Positions 25,930 through 39,600 are shown, counted from the stretch's first letter. The stretch is 64,000 bases of DNA from Lama glama (GCA_028534125.1 CM052818.1:44580001-44644000), one strand, 5' to 3'. Notes: generated from the sequence alone by a model not told the origin. Translations and numbers: made by a program.

Positions 25930-27120
25930 CCCATCCACGTTAAATAAAAACAGTCAACTGCAAATCACCAGACCTCTGAGGAAACTCTGCAATGTGAAAG
26001 AGAAAGAATAACAAACAGGGGGAATCCTGACTCCAGAAGAAATACAAATAATTAAGGGAACAGAAGAGAATTTAATCGGAAGAAATCCCCAAATTAGAAT
26101 CTCAGAGAGATCCGGGGAGATATTTCATTCATAAAGCAAAAACAGGAGTATGCTGTGAAAGAGAAAAAAATGGAGCACAAAAAAGCATTTTTAAAAGTAA
26201 AAATTTGATTGCCAAAAATAATGGCAAAGTAGAAGATGAAATTAAGGAAATCTGCCAAATCAGGGATCAAAATGTTGGGCAAGAGGAGATAAAAGGGAGG
26301 AGAACTTCATGGGTTCATCCCACTCTTTTATTTGTCTTCCAGTTTCCTTTAATTTGTTGCAATATCTCATCTGCTGACATATAATAGTTTAAGTGTGTGT
26401 TGTCTACCAGGACAGCACAGACTTGTGCTCCTAGTTCTGAGCAGAAAGAATGAGACATGATCCGCCGCTGAGCACATCACTGTGAAGCCTCAGGACACAA
26501 AGGATAGAGGACCCTAAAAGCTTCCAGACAGAAAATAATAATAATAACAGGTCACGCAGGAAGGGACAGAAGTCAGACTGGCATATAGATAACATTGGTC
26601 ATCAGAAGTCAATAAAACATACATTCAAGGATTCTAGCTCTGGCCACACGGCTGACTCGCTGCTGATCATTGGTGACTTGAGAAAAACAAAATCACCTGT
26701 TATTAACTTCTTCAGTACATTTCATTCTTGGATGTATCTTTTTTTTTTAATAGTGATGTGTGGTATTGAACGCCACAATTCCCTCCGCAATACCAATAAT
26801 ATCAGAATGTTAGATGAGTTCTAAACTTCCTGATCTTAACAAATTATAAGCAGTTGTCACCAGACACAGTCAAAATTTTGTAAGCGTGTCTACAATTCCT
26901 CAGAATATTGCTAATTTACAATTAAAATCCTTGATAGTTTAAAAAAAAAATACATTCAAAATTCTGTGAAAAATTAGTATCAACCTCAAATTCTAATTTC
27001 AACCAGACTATCAAATGTGAAGGCAGATTAAGAATGAGAGTCAAGCAAGGGCTCAACAACATCTTCTCTTTCCCTTTTCTGGAAGGTCACATGAACACAA
27101 ACTTCCGGTTTGCTTATTTT
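25930..27120 (+). mobile_element. Ancient L1 ORF1 remnant, interrupted by later insertions
   Basis: Degenerate ORF1 motifs (CCCTAAAAGCTTCCAGACAGAAAA, TTCAAAATTCTGTGAAAAA...CAACCTCAAATTCTA). Confidence 0.65.
26629..26950 (+). pseudogene. Short retrocopy resembling an mRNA 3'UTR end (source gene unidentified)
   Basis: ATTAAA at 26921-26926, 14 nt, then A10. TSD-like AAAACATACATTCAA (26614-26628) and AAAAAATACATTCAA (26945-26959). Splits an otherwise continuous L1 ORF1 relic. Confidence 0.65.
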
Positions 27121-27380
27121 TAACGAGTAATCTAAGAAAAGGAGAAGACAAAAATCTATGTGACCGTGGACGTAGTGAGGGCTCCCAAGATGACAGCACT
27201 GGCGGAGGACTGAGAGCAGGAAGAGAGGCCTCCCGGAGAGAAAGGTGATGGATGGGGAAAAGGGCACCTACAAAGGTTGCCGGGAGTTTGGGAGAACCAC
27301 ACGACATCACAGAGGTGTTAAACGCAAGGAATAAATCAAAAGAACTAGAAACTAATGAACGAGAGAAAATTCTCATGAAG

Positions 27381-27630
27381 ACAGCATGTTATCATGCTTA
27401 GGAACAAAGTCTCTGGAGCCAGAAGGTGTGAGTCTGAATCCTAACCCTGCCATTTATCAGCTGTGTGACTGTGAGCAAGTAGCTCCACCTCTCTGTGCTC
27501 ATTTTCTCGCCTCTCAAATGGAGATAATAATAGGACCAACTTATAGGACTGTGGTAAGGAACTGAATGAGTTAATATTTGTAATGCTCTTAGAAAAGAAC
27601 CTGTCACTCGGTAAGTACCACATAAGATTT
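27381..27630 (+). mobile_element. Near full-length MIR SINE
   Basis: CTCTGGAGCCAGA...GAATCCTAACCCTGCCATTTATCAGCTGTGTGAC...AAATGGAGATAATAATA...TGAGTTAATATTTGTAA. Confidence 0.85.
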
Positions 27631-30600
27631 ATTAAATAAGTAAGAAAAGCGCTATATGAAAATCATGGTCATCCAAATAAGGTAAACAGATCCCAGTTAA
27701 AACAAGTTAATGGCCTTAAAAATAAAGAATGTGATCGTTTCCAGGTGACAGACCAAAGTAAAAGCTTAAGGACATTATGTGTGTGTTTTGGGCAGGAAGG
27801 GCAGGGGAGTCAGGATAGGCAGGGGATGAGAAGCATCTATTTTTCTTCCAACAGGGAAAAAGAAAGGCAAACACAACTTTCAGGAAATACACCTCCCCCC
27901 AAGAAGAAGCCCATCTATGAGAAAGGCAGAGTATGAAAACAGAACAAACTAAAACAGGGTGAGGTTACACACAAACGGCAGCGTACAGGAAAAGAGAATG
28001 TATTTGCATATGCCGCTCTGTGTGAACCAGCCAGATTCTCCTCTATCAGTAAGTCCATAGGATAACGTGCAAAGGAGATAACGTGAATAGACGGGGTAGG
28101 AACCTGGAACTGGGCTTCAGTCGTCAGCCAGCATCTCCTGGTTGATTTTCTGGAAACTAAGCACTTGGATTAAATTTTTCAATAATCAATTTAAATCTAG
28201 ACAAAGTTAACTTCCTCACCCCACAAAATGCACTCCCCATCCAAGAAGACATTTTAAATCCTGCCGTTTTTCAAACCTAAAGGCAGGAAAGAACCAGAAT
28301 GAGCAAAATATGGTTCCAAGTAACTGTGCCGGGACAACCTAGAATTCTGGGAATTGGTGTTTGTGATGCAAACATGCAATCAAAGCACAGGTTGTCCAAG
28401 ACAGAGGCTTCATGTCACAAATTGTACCACAATGTTCCCTGTTTGAGCTAGACAGACGGGTTAAGCATTTTTGGCGAACATTTCATTGCTCAACTCTCCC
28501 TGCAGAATTCAGGGTCTTTCGCCTGGAAGGAACCGCTGCGTGCGTGCGGGGATGCAGGCGGGAGGTGTGCTGGTGTTCATTTTGGGGGTTTGTGCATTCC
28601 ACAGCCAGATTCTCCAAACTGAGAGCTGGACCTCCCGGGGAAGCCTTCCCTCAGACATTCCTCATGTCCATGAGGAATTCATCACCGACTTCTCTGTACC
28701 AGTGAGCCCCCGTGGAATTCCATCGTGGGCCACTTCACAAAGCCTCGTCACTATGTCATTTCATGCACCTCTACATCCCCTATGGTTGGTGAGTCCTTCA
28801 AGGAAAAGATCAACCATGACACACTCATCACTGCACCCTCAGTGCCTAGCACATTTATTTACATAATAACTAGGAGACACAGACAGTCAAGGACAGAGAC
28901 GGAGATGGACAGAGACAGAGATGGACAGAGACAGAGATTTTGAGTCCCACTCTCTGCCTGTTCTATTTCCCCTTCATTTTTTATTTTCTCATCACTAAGC
29001 ATTTTTGGAATTTATGAACCTATTTTCTGAGGATAACAACATGAAAATTACCAAAAGCTGGGATGGTAGACATTGTGATTAGAAACCCACCTGTATGCCC
29101 TCACCCACCTCCCTCTGCCATACAAACTCCCTGGGTAACTTTGTCCCCTTGGAGACTTCCGTGACTCTGTTCTCCAGCTGACCCACAGTTCAGTATTTCC
29201 AGTCCACACCTTGCCTCTCAGCTCCAGACCAAACAGAAGGTTGAAGCAGAAAGTTCCTACTTCACACCTCCTGCCCCCTGCTTCCTATCTTGTTACCAGG
29301 TGAGCTCTGGGAAGGGCCCGCACTGGGGCTGGCAGGAGAGGCTCAGCTGATTACTTTCCTTGACTGCCTCTCTTGTATACCATGCACCTTGGGCCAGAGG
29401 CTGGGCCAGGAAACCTGGTGGCCATGGGCTCCAGCCCCCAGGTCTGGAGAACGGGACTCAGCCATGGGAAGCAGCCTCGGACCACCTTCTGATTGCGGGC
29501 CTGCATCCTGCCCACAGGTGGAGCCGCTCACTCACCGGGACTTCCTGCCCCTTCTCTCCTCCAAAGCGGACGCTCCCCTCACTCCAGCCTCAACTGCCAC
29601 CAACTGCCCGCTGCTCAGATTCCCGGTCTCTGATTGGGCCCCATCCCTGCCAATCCACTCAAGAGCTGAACTTCTGCTCCTCACAGCATCCCTGGGGCCA
29701 GGCCTTCCTCAGCAGCCCGCTTCATTCACTTAACTGGAGCCTCTGGATTCACCTCAAGGAAGACTCTCTCGCTCTGGCTGGTGCTGCACTCGGCCTCCTG
29801 TGCCCTCTGCAAACCCTCTTGGTCCACACTCCGACCAGAGTCACTCTCCCGACTCAGCTCTTTGAGAGTGAGACCAAGTGTTACTTCTATTCTACACCCC
29901 CAAGGCTTAGGAGAGGCCACAGTCAGGACAAGTCAGTGTCCGGGCTTCACCACTTCTTCCCTGGATTATTCCAGAAGCCTTCCCGTGAGCCTCCCCACCC
30001 CCAGTCCCCACCTCAGTTGACTCCCTCAAGTCTCCTGGCCCCAGGAAAGGATCTCAGGTTGAAAATCTACAGGGTAGAGTGAATTGGATGGAGTTGCTGA
30101 AGCTTCAAGTAGAGTCCAGGGCCAGGTAGGGTGAGATGAACGCACTGTGAGGGAAGAACTGGATGGAGTGGGACCACTGCCAGGGGTGCTCAGCAAAGTA
30201 TCTCCCCAAACTGGAGAGGCTTAGAGAGCCAGATTCATGAGCAGGGTCTGGAATCCGGGATGGACGGAAGGGGCAGGGGTGGACCAGCCCTCGGGCTGTG
30301 TGTGGTAAGTGGGATCTAGGGAGACCCCAGAAGAGCAGAGAGCAAAGCACGAAGTAGAGCTGCAGAGAAAACCTGAAGGGCCCGGCTGAGGCTTGGGGAC
30401 CAGGCCCAGGGCAGTGACACTGAGGCAGGAGGACAAAAGAACCAATGGGAGCAGGAGGAAGAGGTAAAACCTGCAGAAGGGCTTTGACAGTTTCAAGGGC
30501 TTTTATTAAATACCTGTGACAGTCCGTCCAAAGCAAACAAACGGCATGAACTTAATATGAACCTTTTCCTGTTGGCACTAGGGAGCCACTGAATGTTTTT

Positions 30601-30875
30601 TCATTGGGCAGACGACAAAATCAGATCTATGCCTAGGAGACGATGGCTGCCAGGGAGAAGAGATTAGAAACTAGCCAAAACATTCTCAGCAACATTTGGG
30701 GATCATGAAACCTTTATAAGGGCTACAGGCCGACTCTGAAAGCTTCAGTCGGATGGCGGGGTCCTGGTTTGGGGACTGCTTGTATCCATGGCAATAAACC
30801 AATTTGTCAAAGAGTATTTTCTCTCATTTTGAAGTGTCAAAGTATAATTAGGACATTCACAGCAACATCACTCAC

Positions 30876-30932
30876 ATTAATGTTTGAAGACCATACATTT
30901 CGAATCCATCCAGGGTCTCTCATCATTGGAAT
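30876..30932 (-). CDS. LPIN1: LPIN1 57-nt internal coding exon (IPMMRDPGWIRNVWSSNIN)
   Basis: Acceptor ttttgttttccag| and donor AAT|GTGAGT, phase 0/0. Near-identical to the recalled human IPIMRDPGWIRNVWSSNIN that precedes VQTMNYVGQ. Confidence 0.93.
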
Positions 30933-30994
30933 CTGGAAAACAAAAGCATCAGAAATTAATTAATGGAAATGTTGTGGAATGAGACAGCACCACC

Positions 30995-31078
30995 TCATGA
31001 ATGTGCTGAAAACCACCGAACAGCGCACTTTAACATGGTGGATTTTGTGGTATGTGAATTATACCTCAGTTAAAAAAG
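30995..31078 (+). mobile_element. Short L1 3' terminal fragment
   Basis: CACTTTAACATGGTGGATTTTGTGGTATGTGAATTATACCTCAGTTAAAAAA. Confidence 0.7.
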
Positions 31079-33984
31079 GAATTTGAATAAGAAGAGTGAT
31101 GTTAGTAAGGTCTTTTTTTGATCGTGTTCAAGTAGAGCCTGAGGTCTTGGTCACAAAGAACACACAGTAATGTCATAAATCTCCCCCACTCCTCCTCTCC
31201 TCCTCCGTCTCCTCCTTCCCAGAGCACGTGGAACACACTGGGGAAACTTCAGGAGATAAGGCAACATGGAAAAAGATAGGACTGAGTGTCAGAAGACGTG
31301 CTTTCCAGGTTCTAGTGCGTCTTAGCTGGGTGACTGCACTGGGCTAGTTTTCTTATCTGTAAAATGGGTGTAACAATAACCCTGGAGCTGACGGGTGTGT
31401 TGTGAGCATTAACTGAGTCCATTCTGGCTAAAGGGCGAAGCCCAAGTGCACGCAGGTGCTATTGAGACTGTGGGTGTGAAATTATCCAAGCAAGTAGGAC
31501 CCACACAGTCTGCTTTTCCCACAGGGGCCCCAGTTAGAGCTCCTAGCCTAAGGCATGTGTTGACTTTTCGAAAGCCTTTAATTATACCTAAGTTATATTC
31601 AAAAACATATAAAGCAGCCCAGAATCAACAAGCCCTGAGCCCCTTACTCCTGTTTCCTTCCTCCGGTCGTGCCCTCCTTGCCCTGTCACCTACCTGCTGC
31701 TCGTCTAGTGCATTTAGCTTTTCCCGCCCAGATTGTTGATTGGCTGATAATTAATGGTGTGGCTTTACCTCATTATTTATTGAGTTTCTCTCAGGGGCCA
31801 AGTACTTCGCTGGGTAGTGGGAAGGCAGAGAGACGAGTGAAATATAAATCTTGTCCTTGAGTTACCCATGATCAGGTCGGGGGTGGTGGGGAGGAAGACG
31901 TGAAGGGAAGTCTTCTGCAGCCAGGGCCACCATCAGCACATGCCCAGGGTCCGGGGGAAGCACAGGAGGGGGCCAACGTTTGGCCTGAAGGAAATAGAAG
32001 GAAGGATCCAGGCCAGCCACAGAAGGTGACGCCTGAGCTGCTTCTGGAGGACGGGTGGGGCTCTTGGAGAAGAAAGGGGGGAAGAAATTCCATCCCAAGC
32101 AGAGAAGAGAGTGTGTTCAAAGAAACAAAGCATCACACATATGTTTGGGGGTCAGTGAGGACCGCCTGTGACTGGAGAATGGTTCCAGCTCGAGCAGGCG
32201 GCACAGAGGAGCCTGGGGTGCTCCATGGTCAGGAGGCATGAATAGAGTGGGGTCATTAAAGAAAATTATTTTAATGCTTTCCTTAAACAAAATCTTTTGA
32301 AAAAGCCCATATGTAAATAGAAGGCGAACGCTTTGGTCACATCAGGGAAGAGGCCTGGAGATTCCGGTCTTGTCTGCAGAACCCTGGCTTCAGAGACCAC
32401 GATTTGAGAAAAATCTCTGTACCCAGTGGGGAGCTACCCAGGACTAGCATGATCAGATCTGTGTTTTATAGGATCGCTGTGACATCTGTGGGTTGGAGGC
32501 AGAAAGGCAAATTTAAAGGCTCTTCTAGCAAACAGTCGGCCAGGTGTGAATGAAGGTGATGACAATGAGGAGGGAGAGGGGTGACCATGAGTGCCGCCTA
32601 GTGGGAGGGTCCCCGGGCAGGCTGAGCAACTTGGATGGGTCGAGTGGGTGAAGAAGAGGGAGATTTTGAGGATGACTGGTTTCTGGTCTGGGTGACTAGG
32701 TAGATGGTGGTATTAGTAACTACCTGAGGAAAACTGAAAGGAAAAATTGGGGGAGGACTATGAATGTATCCTGGAACCACATCTGGAATAAAAAGCGTAG
32801 ATTTTCCTGTAAAACAGAACCTGGGAAAGGAGGCAGATGTGAGTCAAGGGATTCTACCCAAGTATGGATCCGGCTGGGAAAGCAGAACAAGGCGACTGGC
32901 TTCTTCATCTATAACTTGCTTAATATGGTCATTAATTCAGTCCTGGTTTCAACTGAACACGGCATTTGAAACACTTCTGGGAAGGAACCCAGTTACTACC
33001 TCCTTTTCAGCTCCTCTGGAATATTACAGCATGCTGCAAAAAATCATGCCACTTGGATACAGACGTTCTGGACCATCCAACTCAAATTCCTCATGGGGCA
33101 CAAACACAGTCACATGCCTGCCAGCGCTCTCCGGGGACAATAGTTGCACTGATTTTACACTCACGAGGTAGGCTAGGAAGGCAGGCAGCAGTTGAAATTC
33201 ACAATGCTTGGATTTGGTCCCAGTTAGAAACGAAGTTTCAAATCAAATACCAAATACATGTTTTACTGCCATGGGAGCAATGACTCTGATCCCCCAAGAA
33301 TTTGGTTTGATTTCAGAGATTAAATATAAACACAAGAACACCAAAAACGGTGATCCCATGTATTTCAGTAGTAATTTCTCTCAAGGGTAAGAAGGAAATA
33401 ATCTCATTCCACCCCACGGCTAGCTGTCTGTTGTCATTCAAAATTCTTCCACAAAATTTGAAGCCCAGCCTTTGGACCCCGGGTACCCAGCAGTTAGGAA
33501 TCATGGGGGAAGCCAAAAGTGAACTTGGGTTTGAACCCTCATTCTCCCACTAAGAGCTGGGTGGCCTTTAGCGAGGAATTTAACCTTTCTAAGCCTCAAT
33601 CTTCTCATCTCTAAAGAGAGGTGAACAATAAAATAGTTCCAGTGCTGATGTAAGAATCAAAAGAGATAATGCTGTGCAAAACAATAATGGACAAATTTTA
33701 GTTGCGACTCCTGGATGATGATCACGATGTGGGAGACTCGGTGTGAGGAAGAAGTGAGCATCTTCTGAACAGCTGGTCTGCTTTCGCCCTATTTATACGA
33801 TGAAGTGTGCATTTGCTCTGGTCCTTCCTTAGGCAATGGGGGCCAGAGCCACACGGCTGCTCCACTCCTTGTAAATGAGCTGGTCTCTATGAAATATGTG
33901 TTTGTGTTAGCTTCAATCTTGCTCTGTTTTATGCCTCTACCTCTTTTTTCCTTTTATTCCTCATTTAATTTAAACATATGTAAC

Positions 33985-34343
33985 TACTATGGACTGAATG
34001 TTTGCATCCTCCCAAAATTCATATTTGAAGCCCTAATCTCTATGATGGTATGTGGATGTGGGGCCTTTGGGAAGTAATAAGGTCATCAGGGTGGAGTGCT
34101 CATGAAGGAATTAGTGCCCCTCTAAGAAGAGACAGGAGAGAGATGAGCTCTTCCTCTGCCACGTAAGGATGCATCAAAAAGTTGGCCATCTACAGGCCAG
34201 AGGGAAGGCTCCCACCAGAACCAGACTATGCTGGCACCTAGACCTTGGACTTCAGCCTCCAGAAGTATGAAAAATAAATTTCTGCTGTCTAAGCCACCCA
34301 GTCTGTGGTATTTTTGTTATAACAGCGTGAGCTGATCAAGACA
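33985..34343 (+). mobile_element. MaLR solo LTR (MLT1A-like)
   Basis: Begins TACTATGGACTGAATGTTTG...CCCAAAATTCATA; ends AATAAATTTCTGCTG...AAGCCACCCAGTCTGTGGTATTTTTGTTATA...AAGACA. Confidence 0.88.
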
Positions 34344-34401
34344 AATTCTGTTACGTTTTGAAACATCTTTTGTCCTTGGATATGTACAGATATGGAAAGA
34401 G

Positions 34402-34453
34402 AGATGATAATAGATGATAGATAGATGATAGATAGATAGATACATAGATAGAT
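34402..34453. repeat. Imperfect (GATA)n microsatellite
   Basis: Directly visible. Confidence 0.9.
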
Positions 34454-34778
34454 AAAAATGGAAAAATACTCGGAGAATGAACATGGTAAATGTGGACAGA
34501 TGAATAGATAGGAGATTGATGGACACTTTCTTGTTATGCTGTGTTGATTTGCTTGCTCACTGGACTACACTGATCATTATGGGCTAGAAGGCACTTGAAA
34601 TAGAACCACAAAGACTGTTCCTGGTCCAGACCTCTGTCACTTAGAAGTGGAATAATGCTGAACCACTGACTCACCCTCTCTGAGCCTCAGTTTCCGCTTC
34701 TAAAGAACATATGTGGTACTACCTACCTCAGGGCTGTTGTGGGAGTTAAATGAGAGATGTACTTAAAAGCGACCAGCA

Positions 34779-35340
34779 ATGTTCATAGCAACACTGTATA
34801 CAGTAGCTAAGATATGGAAACAACTTAAATGTCCATCGACAGATGACTGGACAAAGAAGTTGTGGTATATTTATACAATGGAATACTACTCAGCCATAAA
34901 AAAGAATAAAATAATGCCATTTGCAGCAACACGGATGGACCTAGAGATCATCATTCTAAGTGAAGCCAGAAAGAGAAAGAAAAATACCATATAATATCAC
35001 TCATATGTGGAATCAAAAAAAAAGAAAAAAGAGGGCATTAATGAACTCACCTACAAAACGGAAACAGACTCACAGTCATAGTAAACCAAGGGAAAGAGGG
35101 TGGGAAGGGATAAATTTGGGAGTTTGAGATTTGCAAATGTTAGCCATTACATATAAAAACAGATATAAAAAAAAACAAATTTCTTCTGTATAGCACAGGG
35201 AACTATATTCTATATCTTGTAATAATCTTTCATGAAAAAGAATATGAAAATGAATATATGTACATATATGCATGACTGGGACATTGTGCTGTGCACCAGA
35301 AATTGACACATTGTAACTGATTGTACTTCAATTAAAAAAA
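34779..35340 (+). mobile_element. Camelid-type L1 3' end inserted into a MIR, with a 14-bp TSD
   Basis: ORF2 C-terminus still open (MFIATLYTVAKIWKQLKCPSTDDW...), 3'UTR and A-tail. TSD AAAAGCGACCAGCA (34765-34778) / AAAAGGGACCAGCA (35341-35354). Confidence 0.92.
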
Positions 35341-36439
35341 AAAAGGGACCAGCACATGATAGGTACTCAGTAAAGCTGAACTTGAATCTCCACGCAGCCT
35401 TATGATGATCAAGGTCCAGGTCATAGTCTCCTGTGTTCCTGGTGGGGCCTTGCTCACTGCTACACCTCTGCCCATGACTTGCTGGAGGTCACATATATAG
35501 GGCCTAAGTCCAAATTCAAATTCAGGTCTGTGTGACTCTAAAGCTCTTGCTGCAGTTTCACATATGGAGAAATATTTGGATAACAGAATTCCCACCAACA
35601 CAGAAGGACAAAGAGGGAGACCTGGGATTACCAGGCCTCGAGCCCACAATGATAGGCCAGGCTGTTCCCAGTTTACAAGTGAGACATTCTAAAGTTCCTT
35701 TGTGAACATTTTTTTTAATAGAGTAACATTTTCACACAAAAAGAGCTCTCCCAAAGTGAGTTCGCTTTTCCAGGGGGAGGAAGCCACAGTGCAAGCTGAC
35801 CTAGCAATGCTGAACTGTACAAGCAGGGGCCCGCTGCATTGCGGCCCATTTATACAGCCACGGACAGGTGACATCCATCCAAATGTCAACTGGAGATTTC
35901 AGGAAGGGCCCCTGGAACGCGGTGGAAGGAGCACTGGTCTGGGGAAGAGGCAGCTCAGGTTTTAGTTCTGACCCTCTTGCTGGCTTGGAGGGGCCTTGGG
36001 CAAGGTACCTGTGTTCGCTGCGTTTCAGTTTTTCCACCTGTCCAAGGACAGAATTGCACTAGGTGATTCCTAAGGGCTTTTTAATCTCCCGAATTCTGCA
36101 AGCCTGCATGCATGTGCCCTCCTACATCAGATTCCAACGCAAGATCCCCAGCACCTTGCCAATATGATTTGAAATAAGGGAAGAGGATAAGGAAGGGTTT
36201 GGTCTGTTTGTGAGGAGGTGGGAGAAGAGGAGGACCCTACAGGTGGGGCTGGGATTCGACCCAGTCAGACTCTAACCTGGGTCTCCCAGGGGTTCCTTGG
36301 AATAGTGTAGGAATGGAAAGAGAATCTGTAGTCAAGAGAGTTGGATCTAAACCATGGTTATAATGCTTAACAATGCTTGGTCTTGGGTAGGTCACAGCAT
36401 GTCTTAGAAATTCAATTTCTTCAACTGCAAAGTAAGGTT

Positions 36440-36707
36440 AATAATACTTCCTGCTTCTTCAAAGTTAGCAAGGGCAGGTTAGGTGCTTCTGATGCCCCGT
36501 CTCTCTGACCCATTCTCTGAGCTCATGGGATCACACAAGGCCAACCCTGATAATCCAGGATAATCTCCCTATTTTAAGGTCAGTGATGAGTAATACTAAT
36601 TCCACCTTCAACCTTAATTTTTCTTTCTTCATGTAATTAACGTATTCACAGGTTCTGAGGATCAGGACACGGACGTATTTTGGGGGGCCACTATTCCGCC
36701 TGGCACA
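36440..36707 (-). mobile_element. MaLR LTR fragment (MLT1D/E-like)
   Basis: GATAATCCAGGATAATCTCCCTATTTTAAGGTCAG...TATTCACAGGTTCTGAGGATCAGGAC...GGGGGCCACTATTC. Confidence 0.8.
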
Positions 36708-37989
36708 GCTTCCTAATGGGATCACCCACAATTCCTTTTGTGATGCTGCAGTTCAATCTCCATGCTGTAGCCAAGGTCATCTTTTTGAAACACAATCTGG
36801 TCATGTCACTCCAATGATTAAAGCCATTCAAGTGAATATATAAAATGTGTACAATTTTTTAAACCCTTCCTTAGCTTGGTGAACAAAGTTTCCACCCACC
36901 TGTCCAGTCTCATCTCTCATCTGCACCCTTTGATCTCTCTGACCCAGTCATACTGGCCTTTCACTCCCCCCACCTGTTCAATTTATTCTCTCCAGCCACA
37001 GGACCTTTGCATGTGTTACTTCTTCTGCCCATTTCAGCTGGTTAGCTGCTACTTGTCCCCCAGACCACAGCCAAGTGTCACCTCAGAGAAGCTGTCCCTG
37101 GCCTCCTTGACATGTCACATCGTGTTACACCCTCTGATAGCACCCTTATCACTCCTTCACAGCACTCAGCACAGGGGGCAAAGTTACATTGTTTGCATAA
37201 CTATTCAGCTAATGACAGCTTCCTCCATCAGGGACAGGATTGTTCTCACTGCATCCCCAGGAAGACAGTCAACGCATACCGGTTGAATGGAACAATGAAC
37301 ATATGATTTTCTCAATATACAGATGAGGGCACTGGAGCTCAGAAGGTCGAGGAACTTGGTCAAGGTCACACAAGGAGCAAGTGGCGGGTGGGTGGATTTG
37401 ACCGAGGTTTGACTGACCTCTTAGCCACAACATCACTCCTGCATTTCAGGCCACTGGTATGGGAGGGGCACGGTATGGATGGTCTTTTTTTTGTACTTTT
37501 CTTAAGGGAAGATGAAGGCGGTGTTGGGCCCTGCAACCACTGGAGATGTGACTCCCAGGATAGAAGTGACCCCAGTCCAGGCTCTGACCCAAGCCTCGGA
37601 TTTCATATGCGGTCCCTGGGAAGGCAATGAAAGGAGGCACCCCTACCCAGCTCTGCCCGAGGGCACGGCCCTCCCAGCTGCCACTCCGGGCCCAGAGGCA
37701 ACTCCAGGGGTGTGCTGAATAGGAAGGCTTAAGCTTCACAGGGGCTAAATAGGCTTCGAGTGCATGTGTGGGGGTGGGGGGTGGAATGGGTATTAGATTA
37801 CAGATGCCCTCAGATTCCTTGCAGCTCCCACCACGGACAGGTGAGAGAGCCCAGGGACTGCTTGCTCAGTGCTATGCAGGACAAGAGGCGTTCTTCAACA
37901 CCTGAGGCCCTAAGAAACCTTCCAGTGTTCCCTCCACGGTTTGCAGTGCTCTTTATGGGGGATGCCGGCTGCAACCTAAGAGGTTTGAC

Positions 37990-38300
37990 TTCCCTGAGAT
38001 GTCAGGTCTGAGAGGCCCTGGAGGCCCTCCTGTCAACAGTCTTGGCTGAGCCCAGCCTTCCGGCCGCCTCCATTAAGCCCCCAGACACGTGAGGGAAGCC
38101 CTTGTGGTCTGTCCAGACCAGCCCATCCAGCGATCAGTTTCCACTGAGTCAACTCCATAATACACCAGGAGGCGATGCATCACCCAGCCAAGTCCCGCCC
38201 AAATCCTGACCCATGAAATCCAGAGGTAAATAAGATCACGGTTGTGTGAAGGCCCTGAGTTTTGAAGCAGTTTGCTTTGGAGGAATAAAGAGCCAGAACA
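37990..38300 (+). mobile_element. Old MaLR LTR fragment (MLT1H/J-like)
   Basis: AGCCCAGCCTTCC...CCAGACACGTGAGGGAAGCC...CCCAAATCCTGACCCA...GTTTTGAAGCAGTTTG...CCAGAACA. Confidence 0.7.
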
Positions 38301-39600
38301 GAGGATGTGGTTGTGGGGAGGAGTCTGGCTTGCGTTTCCCTGTGTGTTTAGGTGTAAAATTACATCTGTGTCTGTTCACGATGGAGAGTGACTGTGCCTA
38401 TTTTCCCAAGTGTGTCTGTGCGTCTGCTCGTATCTGCACCGTCTGTGCTTCTGTGTGTTTGAGATGTGTGGTTTCTTATTTTCTGTGTGTACCTGGGTGT
38501 CTATTTACAGCAAAATGAGGACATTCCTGTGTGAAGTCTCATCCCAGTGCTTACGTGCCTCCTTGTCTATTTTGAGAAGAACCCACACGGACCATAGACG
38601 TCTGCACGTGTGTGTGTTTATACAAGGATAAGGTCCGATTGGAAAACAAGGACATAGCGCCTAATGAGCAGGTTCTAATGAATTCACTCAATACAAGCAG
38701 GCACTGAGCATCACTGTTTGCCGGGCACCATGCCAGGATCAGAGAGGAGCAAGGCCTGGTGTCATGTTCCGGGCAAGGCCGGGAGCTCAGGGATCCAGGA
38801 AGCATCAGGCCAGGATGAGAGCCCAGGCTTCCGGGGCACCTGCAGCCCTGTAAGCCTGGGTACCCCACTCCCACGGGTGAGCATCTCAAAGCCAAGCCAC
38901 CCCCCTCTCCACCCAACACACAGAGCCGCAGTCCCCGAGGAGTTCTCATGGGATGGTAGTCAGTCTATGTGAAAACCAGTTGTACAGTGGGGCAGATAGA
39001 TTTGGAAACATTTGATGAAACAGAGATAAAGATGTATTTTCCTGTAGAGCTGCTCAGTGCCCTTACTACCTGATTGTACGCTATCAATTTCCACAAGGGA
39101 ATGTAAAATGTAGCATTTTCCCAAATAGCATAATATCAAAATCCCTTTTCTGCTGAGCAAATGGTGGTATTTGTGGGTCGGGTAGCTTCCGTGGGGGAAA
39201 TTCTGATGCAGAAATAACAGGGGTAGTCTCCAACCCTGGGTGTCAGTCATGCACACCTCCCATCTCTTCCCTCGGGGAAAGATGAGAGAGTCGTTTTAGG
39301 AAATTGAGGTCTGAATGGGGAGACTTGTGGAAGGAACACGGGAGGGTTGGGAGTGGAGTAGGGCGGGCAGCAAAAAATGAATGTAAACAGATGTTTACGC
39401 CATGGTGATGAGAGACGAGACTGAACTGAGGCCAGAGGAAGGGAGGTTGGCCCCAGCCTGCTCCGCTAACATCCCCACACCCTCTCCACGCAGCCCTTAT
39501 CGCACCAAGAGCCCTGGGCACACACTTACACACTAAGATTTCCTGCTTCTCTAGCCAGGTTAGCCAAGGTTTGTCTCTCTCAAGCATCCATGTTACAGAG

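Noticed and set aside
29290..30082. 147-aa and 240-aa plus-strand ORFs
   Set aside because: No recognisable domain or exon structure; antisense within an LPIN1 intron.
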